Part shown: piece after piece, positions 1 through 11,310 of the stretch
Position numbering within the stretch: the stretch's first letter is position 1
Layout: each line of letters starts with the position of its first letter
DNA from: a virus
Taxonomy: Duplodnaviria; Caudoviricetes
IMG/VR virus record: IMGVR_UViG_3300038673_000364
Location: 1 to 29,183 of that record
Strand: one strand, 5' to 3'
Length of the DNA: 29,183 nt
Position numbers and translations under genes: made by a program
Notes under the pieces: generated by a model
What the model saw: the letters and a program-made list of their open reading frames with translations, nothing else
Told to the model about the DNA's origin: nothing
Database searches by the model: none

Positions 1-67
1 TGGTAATTGGGACAGCCCACCCAAATTCACCTTTGGAATTCAGTGCTAAATTCCTTCCGCCTATCTG
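1..67. repeat. Direct repeat of 1951-2017 (66/67 nt identical), start of a GGRNL cassette; truncated by the window edge
   Basis: tggtaattgggacagcccacccaaattcacctttggaattcagtgctaaattcct(t/g)ccgcctatctg occurs at 1 and at 1951. The offset of 1950 is in frame. Confidence 0.95.
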
Positions 68-2359
68 TAAATTATCAATAGCTCCTGTTATATTACTGTC
101 AACTTGAAGCTTTGTATAAGCATCAGTAATACCATATCCAGTAAGAGTAGTGGGTTTATTCTGTAAATCACTAAAGTTTCGTGTAGTTAGTTGATTTAAG
201 TTAGTAAAGTTGCCTGAATGATATATAGTATTATTATTAAACTTAATTGCAGCTTCTGTTAGATACAGTCCTACAGTTCCATTTCAAGGATCTATATTTG
301 TTGAATAAGGTAAAATTGTAATAGCTCCAGTACCAGTACCTCCTGTATTGTGTTGTCCAATTTGAGGGTCGTAAATATTTTGAGAAACACCTCCTTTATA
401 CCATTTTATAGCAGTAGTATAATTGCTAGTACTAGCTTGATTTTGAATAATACGTACATTGTTTGGAATAAATAAGTTTCCACTAAGCGTTCCACCAGCC
501 AATGGTAAATAATTATTTGGATTAAAATTGCCAGAATGCCAAACTTTATATGAATTATCTGTACAATATATTTCACCATCAATAATCATATTAAGTACTC
601 CGCCGCTGCTGCTATCATACTTAAAAGCTACTTCACCTTGTCCATTGTTAGATACAAACCCAAATTCTCTTATTCCGGGAACACTAGCACCAGTCCAGCT
701 TCCACCTACCGGTCTATATGTGCTACTATCTAAACTCCAAGTATCAGCACCTGTCCTCTTTAAGAAGCCAGTACCTGTTAGTGCAGCTATAGCAGTTAAA
801 TCACTATCTTTTGCTTGGAAGTTACTTGTTAATAAAGAATCTGAAGCAGATATACCATAACCAGTTAATGTTGTAGGTTTGTTTTTTATATAGGCATAGG
901 ATGTAGTGTCAGTAACACTCCAATCGCTTACTTGGTCTTCGGGTGCTGGCGAATCATCCCATCCTTTATTTCCTTCAACTAATTTTATATTTCTTATCGA
1001 GGCATAATTACCGATAATATTATTCTTAACTGATACTATAAGAAGATTTGCAGAACCAGCAACATAACCTCTCCAGTCACATACAAAATAACCTCTTTTC
1101 CATAATTCATTTGTGTTTTCTAAAATTCGATATGAATAACCGAATGCGTTCCTCCAATCTAACTTAACCATTCCTCCATCATGGTTTGTTTTATAGTCAA
1201 AACTAAATACATATTCTTTATTCTCAATAGGTTTAGAGAAAAAAGATTGTATAAATTGGTATCTGTATGCACGGCCATTATCGTTTGTTGTAGTTGTAGT
1301 AACGGTTATTTCTTTTTCACCTTTTGAATTTATTATTGAACTAACAGTTGACTCTGATGGATAATCTGCACCTATTAATGATATTGTTTGTCGATTTGCA
1401 ATCAAGTTCCTCCCGCCTATCTGGAGGTTATTTACTGCCGTTGTTAAATCACTCTGTAAAGCTACATTGGTATCCAATGCCCAAATATCAGTTCCTGTTC
1501 TTTTTAAGAATCCTGTACCTGTTAATGCAGCTATAGCAGTTAAATCATTATCTTTAGTCTGAAAGTTACTTGTCAATAAAGAGTCTGAAGCAGATATACC
1601 ATAACCAGTTAATGTTGTAGGTTTGTTTTTTATATAGGCATAGGATGTAGTGTCAGTAACACTCCAATCGCTTACTTGGTCTTCTGGTGCTGGTGTCCAG
1701 TCGGTTGATTTGTTGCCTTTTTCGAGTTTTACGTTTTTAACCGAATCAGCATTGTATATATGTGGGAAAATCTCGTGTCCTAAATAATCATTCTTTATAA
1801 ACGTGAAAGTTACGCTTTTTCTCCTCCATCCAGTTCCTGATGGGTCATAAGTTTTTGTTATACTATTGTTTATGAAAATAATTCCATTTACATTTCCTAT
1901 CACATCAAAAGATAAAGTATATGTATCACCGATATTTAAGGGTTCGGTAGTGGTAATTGGGACAGCCCACCCAAATTCACCTTTGGAATTCAGTGCTAAA
2001 TTCCTGCCGCCTATCTGGAGGTTATTAACAGCAGTAGTAATATCTCCAGGTGTGGCTATTCCAGCTTCAGTTAAAGTATTATTAATTCATTTACTACCAT
2101 CCCATTTAAGTATTTCTCCAGCAGTATTTCCAGTAATGGTCACATTAGAATGACTGTCTAATGTATGTGCAGATGGTGGAAACGTTGCTGGCTTACCTCC
2201 TATATAACCTCATAAAGTATCAAAGAAAGTATTATGAGTTCAGATTCTTTTAGTATCTTGAATAAATACTATAGATTTACTATCAATCAATCCATTGGCT
2301 AAGTCTGTATCGAATCTAGCTTGTGTAGCATAATTAAGAAATTTTGTCTTATAAGCCAT
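1..2359 (-). CDS. Modular tail fibre / receptor-binding protein (TGA=Trp; 3' end runs off the window)
   Basis: ATG at 2359 (MAYKTKFLNY...) is in frame with ORF 284..1903. Only TGA codons interrupt it (2240, 2210, 2087, 284), and the frame stays open to position 1. Contains repeated QIGGRNL...PAPED cassettes, NKPTTLTGYGI linkers, and YLPLAGGTLSG and WHSGN fibre motifs. Confidence 0.85.
750..1693. repeat. Two-copy ~200-nt direct repeat (750-949 / 1494-1693) with a 101-nt identical core (840-940 / 1584-1684)
   Basis: Both copies encode PAPEDQVSDWSVTDTTSYAYIKNKPTTLTGYGISASDSLLTSNFQ..D.DLTAIAALTGTGFLKRTG. The offset is 744 nt. Confidence 0.95.
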
Positions 2360-2373
2360 ATATTATAAAGTTA

Positions 2374-4368
2374 TTAAAAAGCATAGGTAACTGTACCATC
2401 AGTTGCTACTTCAGCTCATCCTATTTTAACTTCCTTACCTGTAGCGTCCCAATTGAATTCTTCTCCAAAAGTTAATATTTCAGTACCTATACTAGTAGCA
2501 GAAGATGCTCCAGGAGTCCTTAATTTAACATCTCTTCAAGTATCTATAGCTCCTAATGTAAGTACATCCCCAGTAACAGATAAAGTAATATTAGCACCCT
2601 GTTTAATGGTTTTACTAGGAGAAGTAGATGGTTTATAAGTCATTATAGTAGCATCATTTACATCTTTAAACAATAAATCATAGAATGAATAAGTTGTATT
2701 TAATGAACTTATAGTTACTACACCAGCTGCTTTAGTAAGTGTAACATTAGTCCCAGCTTTTATATCAACAGTTTTAGCTACACTACCATCATAAGTGTAT
2801 AAATTAGTTCCTTCTGTAGTTCCTGAATCAAATTTTAGAGTTAATGCAGTTGGATTGGGAAGAGAGCTTACAGATTCAAATCCTGTAATATGACCTTGTG
2901 CATCATATTTTATTTTTCCTAAAGTAAGAGTTGTAAGTGCAGTAATACTATTAGTATGCTCTACAGTAAATACATTAGAAGCTAAAGAAGCTTTTAATCC
3001 AGAAGTAAAGTTAATAGCATTATTTGTAGTTCCAGATGGTATATAACTACCTACTGAAGTTCCAGAATTATTTATACCTAAAGATTGAAGAACAGTACTT
3101 ACAGTAACTTTATTATTTGTCCCATCTCAATCTAATGAAATACCAGTACCACTATCCATTCTAAACGTTGTAGAGGATGAAGCAGAATATACTTCTGTAC
3201 CATTGATATTTATAGCTCTATAAACAGGATTAGCTCAAGCTGGAATACCACTTACTATTTTTAAAAATTGCCCCTCAGTTCCAGCATTAAGTGTTTTAAC
3301 TGTCTTAGTACCATCTCCAACTACTAGTTGATTTGCAGTTAAAGTACCAGAAGTTGTAACAGAACCATCTATATTAGTTTGTACAACAGTCCAGTCAGTA
3401 TTTATTACTGTAGAACCTGTAGCTGGGCCATCATTAATTGCTATTATTAAGTCACCTACTTCACAAGGATTGCCTGCATAAGTACCAGCAGTTATAACTT
3501 TATAAGTTCAACCAGCTTGATATCCATTAGTAGGAAGTGTTGTAACAGTTCCTCCAGTACCTATAGTACCTTTAAATACCATTGCATCATTTGCAGATAT
3601 TAAACCATTTACTGTATCCATTACTGTTTTAACAGCAAGTGGAGTAGCTGCAATACCTCCTGCTACCCCAGAAGTAGAAGTAGTAGAGTCTGATAATTTT
3701 AAGTGTCCAAGTACAGAATCACTACCTACTACACTAGTGTGTGATAAAGGAGCATATTTACTAGCTAAGTTAGTACCATTTTCTTGAATAGTAATGGCAC
3801 TAAACAATCCATTTGAAGGATTAAAAGTAATTTTAGAAGTTTTATATATAGCTTCTGTAGCAGTTGTTGAAGCTGCTGAACCTAATAAATAATGTGTAGT
3901 ATTAGTAGCATCAGCATTACTTGCAAGTACATTATTTAGTGTAGCAGTTCTGTTAGTTACAGAAGAGTAGTGTCCGTATGCACTGAAAGTTATTTGTGGA
4001 ACTACTATTGTAGTAGAACTATCAGCAGCAGGCCCAATTGTTTGGTTTGCAGCAAATGGTTTACTATGAGATAGTGTAGTTTCACCATCTGTAGTTGTAG
4101 CATTTATAATACTATCTCCAATTACTGATACAACACCTACATTAAAAGATGTTATAAGTTTGCTAGTAGCATCAGTTATAGTTATTGTGTTGTCAGTAAG
4201 TACTGAAGTAAATAATGGGTTTGCACTATCATTAAATAATTTAAAGTACTGCCCATGTGTTCAAAGATAACCATCTTCCATGAATACTATAGACCTCTGA
4301 ATGGCTGTCTTGTCTGGGAAAGCAGCTTCAAACCCTGCTTTAGTTTTTGAATAAATTAGTTTACTCAT
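2374..4368 (-). CDS. Tail/fibre structural protein, 664 aa (TGA=Trp)
   Basis: ATG 4368 (MSKLIYSKTKAGF) to TAA 2374, in frame with ORF 3508..3807. TGAs at 4261, 3508, 3235, 3127, 2536, 2416. Thr/Ser/Gly-rich, with a fibre-repeat-like LGHLKLSDSTTSTS..AATPLAVK segment. Confidence 0.8.
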
Positions 4369-4381
4369 TTATTAGAAATTG

Positions 4382-5587
4382 TTAATTAATATACTTCCAT
4401 CTAATAGATAAATTATTATTATCCACTAAGAAATCATCTGTAAATCTTAAGTTATCTGTTATATCAGTAAGTTGGTTATCCTGATTATATCCTTTTATAG
4501 AAACAGAACTGAAAACTAACTCTCCAGTTGTTACATCTATTCCACCACGTAATCCATTTTCTGTTCTTATTTGTAAGTTATCTGGTATAGCAGGTATTCC
4601 TATAATATCATTATTTACTTTAATACCATTTACTGTCTTATTATCTATTATCCCAATTAACTCATTTTTAACAGCATAAACCATATAAGGAGATGCTGCA
4701 ACACCATTAACAACACTTGCAGAGTTTATATCTGCATTATTGCTTGATGGCGCTGGTACCCCATTTAATTCGTCCTGAAGTTTAACATGTCCATATAGAT
4801 TTAGTGAAGCACCACCATATTCTGGTTCTTCAGATAAGTGTATTTTTGGATTAGCAGTACCAGTAATATCTCCTTCTATTGTGCCAATAATGTTACCATT
4901 AGTTACAACTAAATTACCAGATATAGAAGAATCTCCACCAGCATTTATACCACCATCTACCTCTAATCCATGAGTATCAGCATTGTAGGTTACTCCAATA
5001 GCTTTTCTAGTAGTATTAGTTTCTGTTAACTCATTATCAGAGTACCCAATTAATAAATTATAATTCCCAGTTAGAGCTGCATTACTAATCTGTTCTACAT
5101 AGTCTCTAATCTTTATATTTCTGTTTGTAACATCAGATATGTGTCCCCAGCTATTAACTATAAATCATGGTATAGTAATTAAGCTAGCATTGTCATGAGA
5201 AGATGTTTCACCATAAGATCCAGAAGTAATATTTGTATTTTCGTGTATTAATTTTTTGGCTACTGAGTCCCATCTTAAAGGATACTCTGTAGTTATAGAA
5301 GTTAATGCTGGACTAGAGAATATAATATCATTTCCAAGTCCTTTTCTTATTACTATATTATCTCCAGAAGCAGACATTGTAAAATTACTTTGCCCTATTT
5401 CTACATTAATAATATTATTTTCTTCTGTAACATATACTCCTGGAGAACCTATACTAAAATAATGACCTAGTATCCAAACTTCTCTTGTATCCTCAATAAA
5501 TACTAAAGGATTTAAGTTATCTGGAATATTAGGCAACTCTCTCTGAAAAGCAGCTTTTGTTTTAGCATAAATTATTTTGCTTTCCAT
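4382..5587 (-). CDS. Tail-associated structural protein, 401 aa (TGA=Trp)
   Basis: Joins ORFs 5165..5599 and 4382..4684 through one TGA at 5165. The N-terminus is paralogous to the two downstream genes. Contains YGHVKLQD and AASPYMV fibre-like motifs. Confidence 0.8.
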
Positions 5588-5591
5588 TTTT

Positions 5592-5948
5592 TTATTCAAT
5601 AATTTCTATATCAAGTAATTTATCTAATTTCATTAAAGCACTTGAAACATCATCATTTGTATTTATAAATATTCCAGAATTAGCTGCTTTTAAATCAATT
5701 GCAGTTAATACTGGGTTATCCTTTATTTTGTGTCCATTTATGGTACTATTATCCATGAAATCTTCTAACTCATCTATTCTGCCTAATAACTGATTAAGTG
5801 TATCTATAACAAATGCATTGTCTGTAAAAGTAACTCACTCAGTACCATTATAGAGTTTTATAGATAAATCATTATAAATTCATACATGATAAATTGTAGG
5901 AGGTTCTTCATTTCCTCTCCATATGTTAACTTGTCTATTGTTTATCAT
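5592..5948 (-). CDS. Hypothetical virion protein, 118 aa (TGA=Trp)
   Basis: MINNRQVNIWRGNEEPPTIYHV(W)IYND...YNGTE(W)VTF; two TGAs, ends in TAA. Fills the gap between neighbours and is missing from the ORF track. Confidence 0.75.
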
Positions 5949-7017
5949 AGGTAATATGTAATTGTCCTAATCCAGAATTCACTGTTCTGTATAGGTAGTA
6001 ATTAATTCCATTAATAACAGTCCCTCCGATATTTCTAAATCCACCTAATATATTATCTACAAAAAGTCTTGCATTCATATCATTAGGGATGTACAAATAT
6101 ACAAAATTATTAGCATTTGAATTTACTATTATTAAAGAATCTTTAGTTTTTGTCATAGATGCTACCACATCACTAGTACCATAGTAATAAGCATTTACTT
6201 TTTGAAAAGTAAGATACTTGTTATATCACTTATCATTTACTTTATAAGAGAAGTGTATTGAAAAGCTATTAGTTATATTATAAAAATTATACTCTCTAGC
6301 AAGAGGACTTAATAAAGAACCGTTAACATAAATTTCTTGTGGATTATTATAGAAGTCTCAAGATAAAGTTATTGTTTGAGGAGGATCATCTACAAACATG
6401 TAATCTTTATTTAATTTAAGCCATTTTAATGTATTATCTTCATTTATGGCTAATTTAGCATTAACTCATTTTGTAGAAGCAATTCTATCTGAATCATCCT
6501 CTATACTAGGTAATGTAGTTGTTGGTTCGCCTTCTAAGTGTGGGGAATATTTATCAACTTTTTGATCTAACCTATAATTAAGTTCTATAGCCCATTGTAC
6601 TAATAAATTATTAATAATTTCAGAATACATATTTACATATTCTATAAATTTATTAGTAATATAAGCATACAAATCTTGTTGATTCTCTATAGAGCCAGTG
6701 ATATTCCCCCACACTAAAGCATACTCTTCTGCTATCCCTAAATTATATCTAGCTTTGGCTCTTTGATAGTCGCTTACTAATTCAGAAAATAGATTTTCTA
6801 ATTTAAAATAACCCTCTTCTGATACATCACCATAGAACTTTTCTATACCACAAGACTCTAATAAAGCAAGCTCCTCATTATCTTTTGGTACTTTAGGTAT
6901 ATATTCTAATTGTGGAACTTCTACGTCTTCAATTATAGGTTCTTTTGGATTTAATAAATAAGAATTATCATCTATATTTATAAGAGAATCTTCTTGATTT
7001 AAGTCTATAAATTCCAT
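5935..7017 (-). CDS. Putative tail/virion protein, 360 aa (TGA=Trp)
   Basis: Joins ORFs 6466..7017 and 5935..6168 through three TGAs. Has a SPHLEGEPTT...RIASTK(W)V fibre-like motif and ends in TAG. Confidence 0.78.
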
Positions 7018-7018
7018 T

Positions 7019-7969
7019 CTATAATATTATTACTTGATAAGAATAGGTAATTGGATCTAAAAATGATAAAATTGTAGCATCATTCACTTTATGAATTGTC
7101 TTTGATATAGAAGTTGAGAAATCAGTATTTCCTATTGGAGATACTTTATTAGATATACTTCCCTCTGTATAAGCAACAGGTTCATGGAATAGATTATTGT
7201 AAGTATTTCATAGAAAATGAGAATTATAACATCCTCTTATAAAAGTATTATGCTTAAATTCCGCCTCAAATATATTATTATAAGTATCACCTATAAACAC
7301 ATTATTTCAACAATTTTCTTTTAAAACATTGTACTCACATAAAACTGTTTCTGAAGAATCTTCTACTACATCATTTTCTCTTATTGTTGAGAATGTAAAA
7401 AGATCTAAATAAGGACTAGCTATCTCTATAGTAGTATTTCTTAATTCTTCTCTAGTCCTTCTAAATTTTACATTCTTAAAATCATAGTATGCAGAATTAC
7501 CATTATTGTCTTTTAGTCAAGTAATTTTACCTTTAGTTTTAACACCGTCCTCAAGTGTTTCCTGTGTAATATCATATTCTACTTGTCAATCTTTACCTAC
7601 AATATAAGCTCTAGAATCTAACTTATTTACATCTAAAGCAGACACAAGCAATCTATATACTGGAGACGGGTTTATAGTAGAACCTCAAGTTTCTCTTATT
7701 GTACCTACATTTGAAGAATATATTGTTTGAAAGTCAGTAATTATATATTTTGCTCCTACTATTAAAGAATTTCTATTTATAGTTTCTAATAGTGTTAAAT
7801 ATGTTAATTCAATTGGAGCAGGTTGCCCATCTTCTCCTATATAATCTACAACTCCAATATTCCTTCTTAATTCTTTCTTCTCAAATTCTGTAAGTCCACT
7901 TAAAAGATCTGTCTTTTTAAAGTAATCTTTTAAATCAGATATACAAGCATATCTATTTTTCGGCAACAT
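7019..7969 (-). CDS. Putative virion protein, 316 aa (TGA=Trp), Asn/Phe-rich beta-helix-like C-terminal half
   Basis: Extends ORF 7685..7969 through five TGAs to TAG at 7019, one base before the next ATG. Confidence 0.75.
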
Positions 7970-7970
7970 A

Positions 7971-8153
7971 TTAATTATTTACTAAAAATTCATAAATAGG
8001 TTCTACATTATCTATATCATTTCATACTTGTACTAATGATATCATATGAAGTATCATACTGTAATCTTTATAATGACCATAAGATGCTTCATATAACCAC
8101 TCATCAAATCTATGTATGGTTTGTATTTTTAAATTAGTTACATCCGCAGCCAT
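7971..8153 (-). CDS. Hypothetical protein, 60 aa (one TGA=Trp)
   Basis: MAADVTNLKIQTIHRFDEWLYEASYG...VQV(W)NDIDNVEPIYEFLVNN*; fills the gap between neighbours. Confidence 0.65.
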
Positions 8154-8868
8154 TACTTGAAGGTTTTATATCAGTGCAAATAGTATTACACTTGTTTAAC
8201 TTTTCTAAAAATCTTTGTGCTTCATATAATTGTGCTGTATCCAAACAATACTTAATAACATTTATAAACATCCATATTAAATCTCTATCATTAACTTTTT
8301 TGTCTAAAGTTGTACTATTACAAGTAGGTAGATCTTTTAATATGTCTTTTACTAAAGTACTAAAACATTTATTTAAATAATACATTGCAAATGTATTCTT
8401 ATCTGACCTAATTATAGTATTTAATTCAGATGGAGCTTCATTATAAAATTCAGAAAATGGTACTTCTGTTGAACTATTCCCATTTCATAAGTATATTTTA
8501 CCATTATCATAAAAATATACTTTGTTATATAAATTAAAATTTTCTCCCAATCCTATTGCAAAATCTATTCATGTTTTTGTAGGTATTATTATGTGTGCAA
8601 TTCTATACAAACCATCTTTATCAAGTTGAAGCTCTGATCTATCTGCACAACATACTTCATGATTTACAAATTTATATTCTTTAAAAGTTTCTAAACCTTC
8701 AGAATTCAAATAAGATATTGTATTAATAGTAATAGAATGATCTCATCTATATGCTCTGTGACTTATAGTTACATTGTCTTCTGCTAAGTATTGCCCAGCA
8801 TCAGATTCTAATCCCTCTATTAATAAACCAAATTCTCCTAATTTTGATATTTTAAATGTTGCCTCCAT
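8134..8868 (-). CDS. Hypothetical virion protein, 244 aa, C-terminal GCGC (TGA=Trp)
   Basis: The ATG overlaps the portal stop (TAATG). Three TGAs; in frame with ORF 8134..8385. Confidence 0.78.
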
Positions 8869-11042
8869 TATATATTTTTTATTTCATTATTATTACTGTT
8901 ACTATCGTAAAGTTGAAGAACTTCAGCCTTAACTTGATTTTCTTTTACTTTTAGTTCTCTTTCTTTAAGATCTCTGTTTGTTCTAGCTTTATACCAAGCA
9001 ACTTCAGTTTCTTTATTTAATCTTTCTTTTTCAATATTTAACTTCTCTTGGTTAAGCTGTTGTACTTGAGATTGTAACTTTCTAATTTCTTCTTGAGCCC
9101 TCTGAACTTCTTTTGAAGCTGCCTCTAATTGTTGTTGCATTTGCATAGCTTCAATTGATTCTTCTCTTTTCTTTCTAATAGCATTAGTTACATCAGATTT
9201 CATTTTAGTAAGACTCTTAGAAGTTATAATATCTATAACAATTTCAGGATCAATATTATTATTCTTAGAGAATTCAAAACTCAATTGTTTCAACAGTTCA
9301 GAATCTTTTATCATTTCAGAAGTATCTGTAATATGTATATCAAAATCAGTCATTGTATAATATTCTGGTAAAGCTGTAAATACTTTGTTAAGTCTGTCAC
9401 CAAGTATAATAGTTCCTATAATTCCATCCTTAAACACGATTTTACACATATCTAATAGATCTAGTAATATTTCTCTGGTCACTAAATCCATCATATAAAA
9501 GAATTGTTTAGTTGTATAACTAGAATACCTTATACCAACTTGTACATTAGTTACAGCATCCCTTTGTTCTATACCTCCTAATTTTTCTCTAAATACTCCA
9601 GTAATTGCACTACAGGTATTTTCTATTCTTTCAAGAGCTAGATCCAAAGCTTGCATAGCCTGATAAGATATAGTATCATCATATCCTGCAAAAGTTGTAT
9701 TCATAGGTTGAGTTCCCTCTTGTGAAGAATCTATTAATGCAGTACCTTGCTTTTTATAAGCTTTTCATTTCATAACTTTTTCTGCAAGGTCAGTTCCTAA
9801 TACATTAGGAAGATATGCTAAATCAATCCAGTCTCCTTTAGTGCCAGATTCAGCTATTAAATTGTCTTTATAAAAGTTAATAACATCTCATTTATCCTGA
9901 AGATTTGCTGTTGCTAATATTAAAGAGAATGGATTACCATTTCTATCAGAGTAAAATACACCGTTTACTGACAAACCACATTTAGTAGGATTAGAAACAC
10001 TTCTAGTAACATTATTAACTTTACCCATTAAAATATATATACTATATCCTATTCTTATACCTCTATACCTATTTGTGATAAATTTACCATCTTCTTTATC
10101 TACTTGTAATCATTCAACATCATAAACTGGAAATCTCCTAAGTTTGAAATTAGAATTAAGATTATATAAAGGAGTTACTTCAAATCCACCTAATATACCT
10201 TCAGATGATGGGTCAGCTACTCCAACTATAGAATCTCCAAAACTTCTGACATATGTGGAATCATTATCAACATATAAACTAGTATCTAAAGAATCTATAT
10301 CTTCCTGAGTTAAAAGTTCTCCATAATTTTGAAGTATTTCATTCTTAGTCATATAATCCCTAATAACTACTCTTTGAGAATCTTTATGAAACTTAGAAGA
10401 GAAGTTTCTATCTAAGAAAGTATGTAATGGATTTAAAGCTTTTAAATCTACATTAGTTCCTTCTGCATTTTCTAGAGTTCTGTAATAACAGGTACCAGTA
10501 ATTAGAAGATCTGTTAATAGTAATCTTCCGTTATTTAAAAAATCTATATCTCTAGACTGCATAGCTCATTCAATAATATTTTGAGCAGCTATTTCATATT
10601 CAGATATATAATTACTTTCTAAAGATTTTTGCAACTCATCAAGTTCGGCAGATAATCTAGGATTATCACTATATTCTCCATTAATTATGCTTCTTATGTG
10701 TTCTTTTATTCTATCAGCTAATGCTTGATTAACATATTTCAACCTGTCCTGACTTATTTTAGACAGAGTCTCTTTGTCCTTACAAGATACTTTTGGTAAT
10801 ATAGGTATAGTTAGGTATTCTCCAACTAACACATCTATATGTTTCCTAACTAAAGGAACAAATTCAACAGATGTTGGAGTACCAATACCATAGTTTTCTT
10901 CTAAGTGCCTAAATTGTTCAGGATCTCTTCTTCCATGATAATAGTTATAAGCTTTTATTAGTTTAATTTTTTCATAAACTAATTCTGTTATAGCTCTATC
11001 TATCTCGTGTATGTATTCCTGTTCTTTTTCACTATATTTCAT
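8868..11042 (-). CDS. Portal protein, 724 aa (TGA=Trp)
   Basis: Three ORF-track fragments share one frame and join through TGAs at 10566, 10110, 9888 and 9765. Motifs AYNYYHG, ENYGIGTP and AITGVFREKLG, a coiled-coil C-terminus, and a position just after TerL fit a crAss-like portal. Confidence 0.88.
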
Positions 11043-11310
11043 ATTTTTTTAGATTTCCAGTCCTCCGAACTTGATAAAAATATATCTTCATATAATTTCT
11101 AGTTTTTAATTCTTCATATATATAAGAAAGAAATTCTTGAGGATCAGTTGTTTGTAAACTTATAGTTGTTGGCATCACATCATCTGGAATACCTAAGATT
11201 AGGGAGTAAACTCCATTATCATTAGTTACTTCTAATCTTCTATTATAAGTTGCTTTATATAAAGTCTTTATATAGTCACGAATCGTATTCTCTAATTCTT
11301 CTATTCGCAT
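11032..11310 (-). CDS. Hypothetical protein between terminase and portal, 92 aa
   Basis: Intact ORF with a TAG stop overlapping the portal start; contains no Trp. Confidence 0.75.
   Translation of the reverse strand: MRIEELENTIRDYIKTLYKATYNRRLEVTNDNGVYSLILGIPDDVMPTTISLQTTDPQEFLSYIYEELKTRNYMKIYFYQVRRTGNLKKYEI

Noticed and set aside
1-2030. Diversity-generating retroelement or invertase shufflon acting on the tail fibre
   Set aside because: The repeats are direct and inside the coding frame, mismatches are not adenine-specific, and no reverse transcriptase or recombinase is present in the window.
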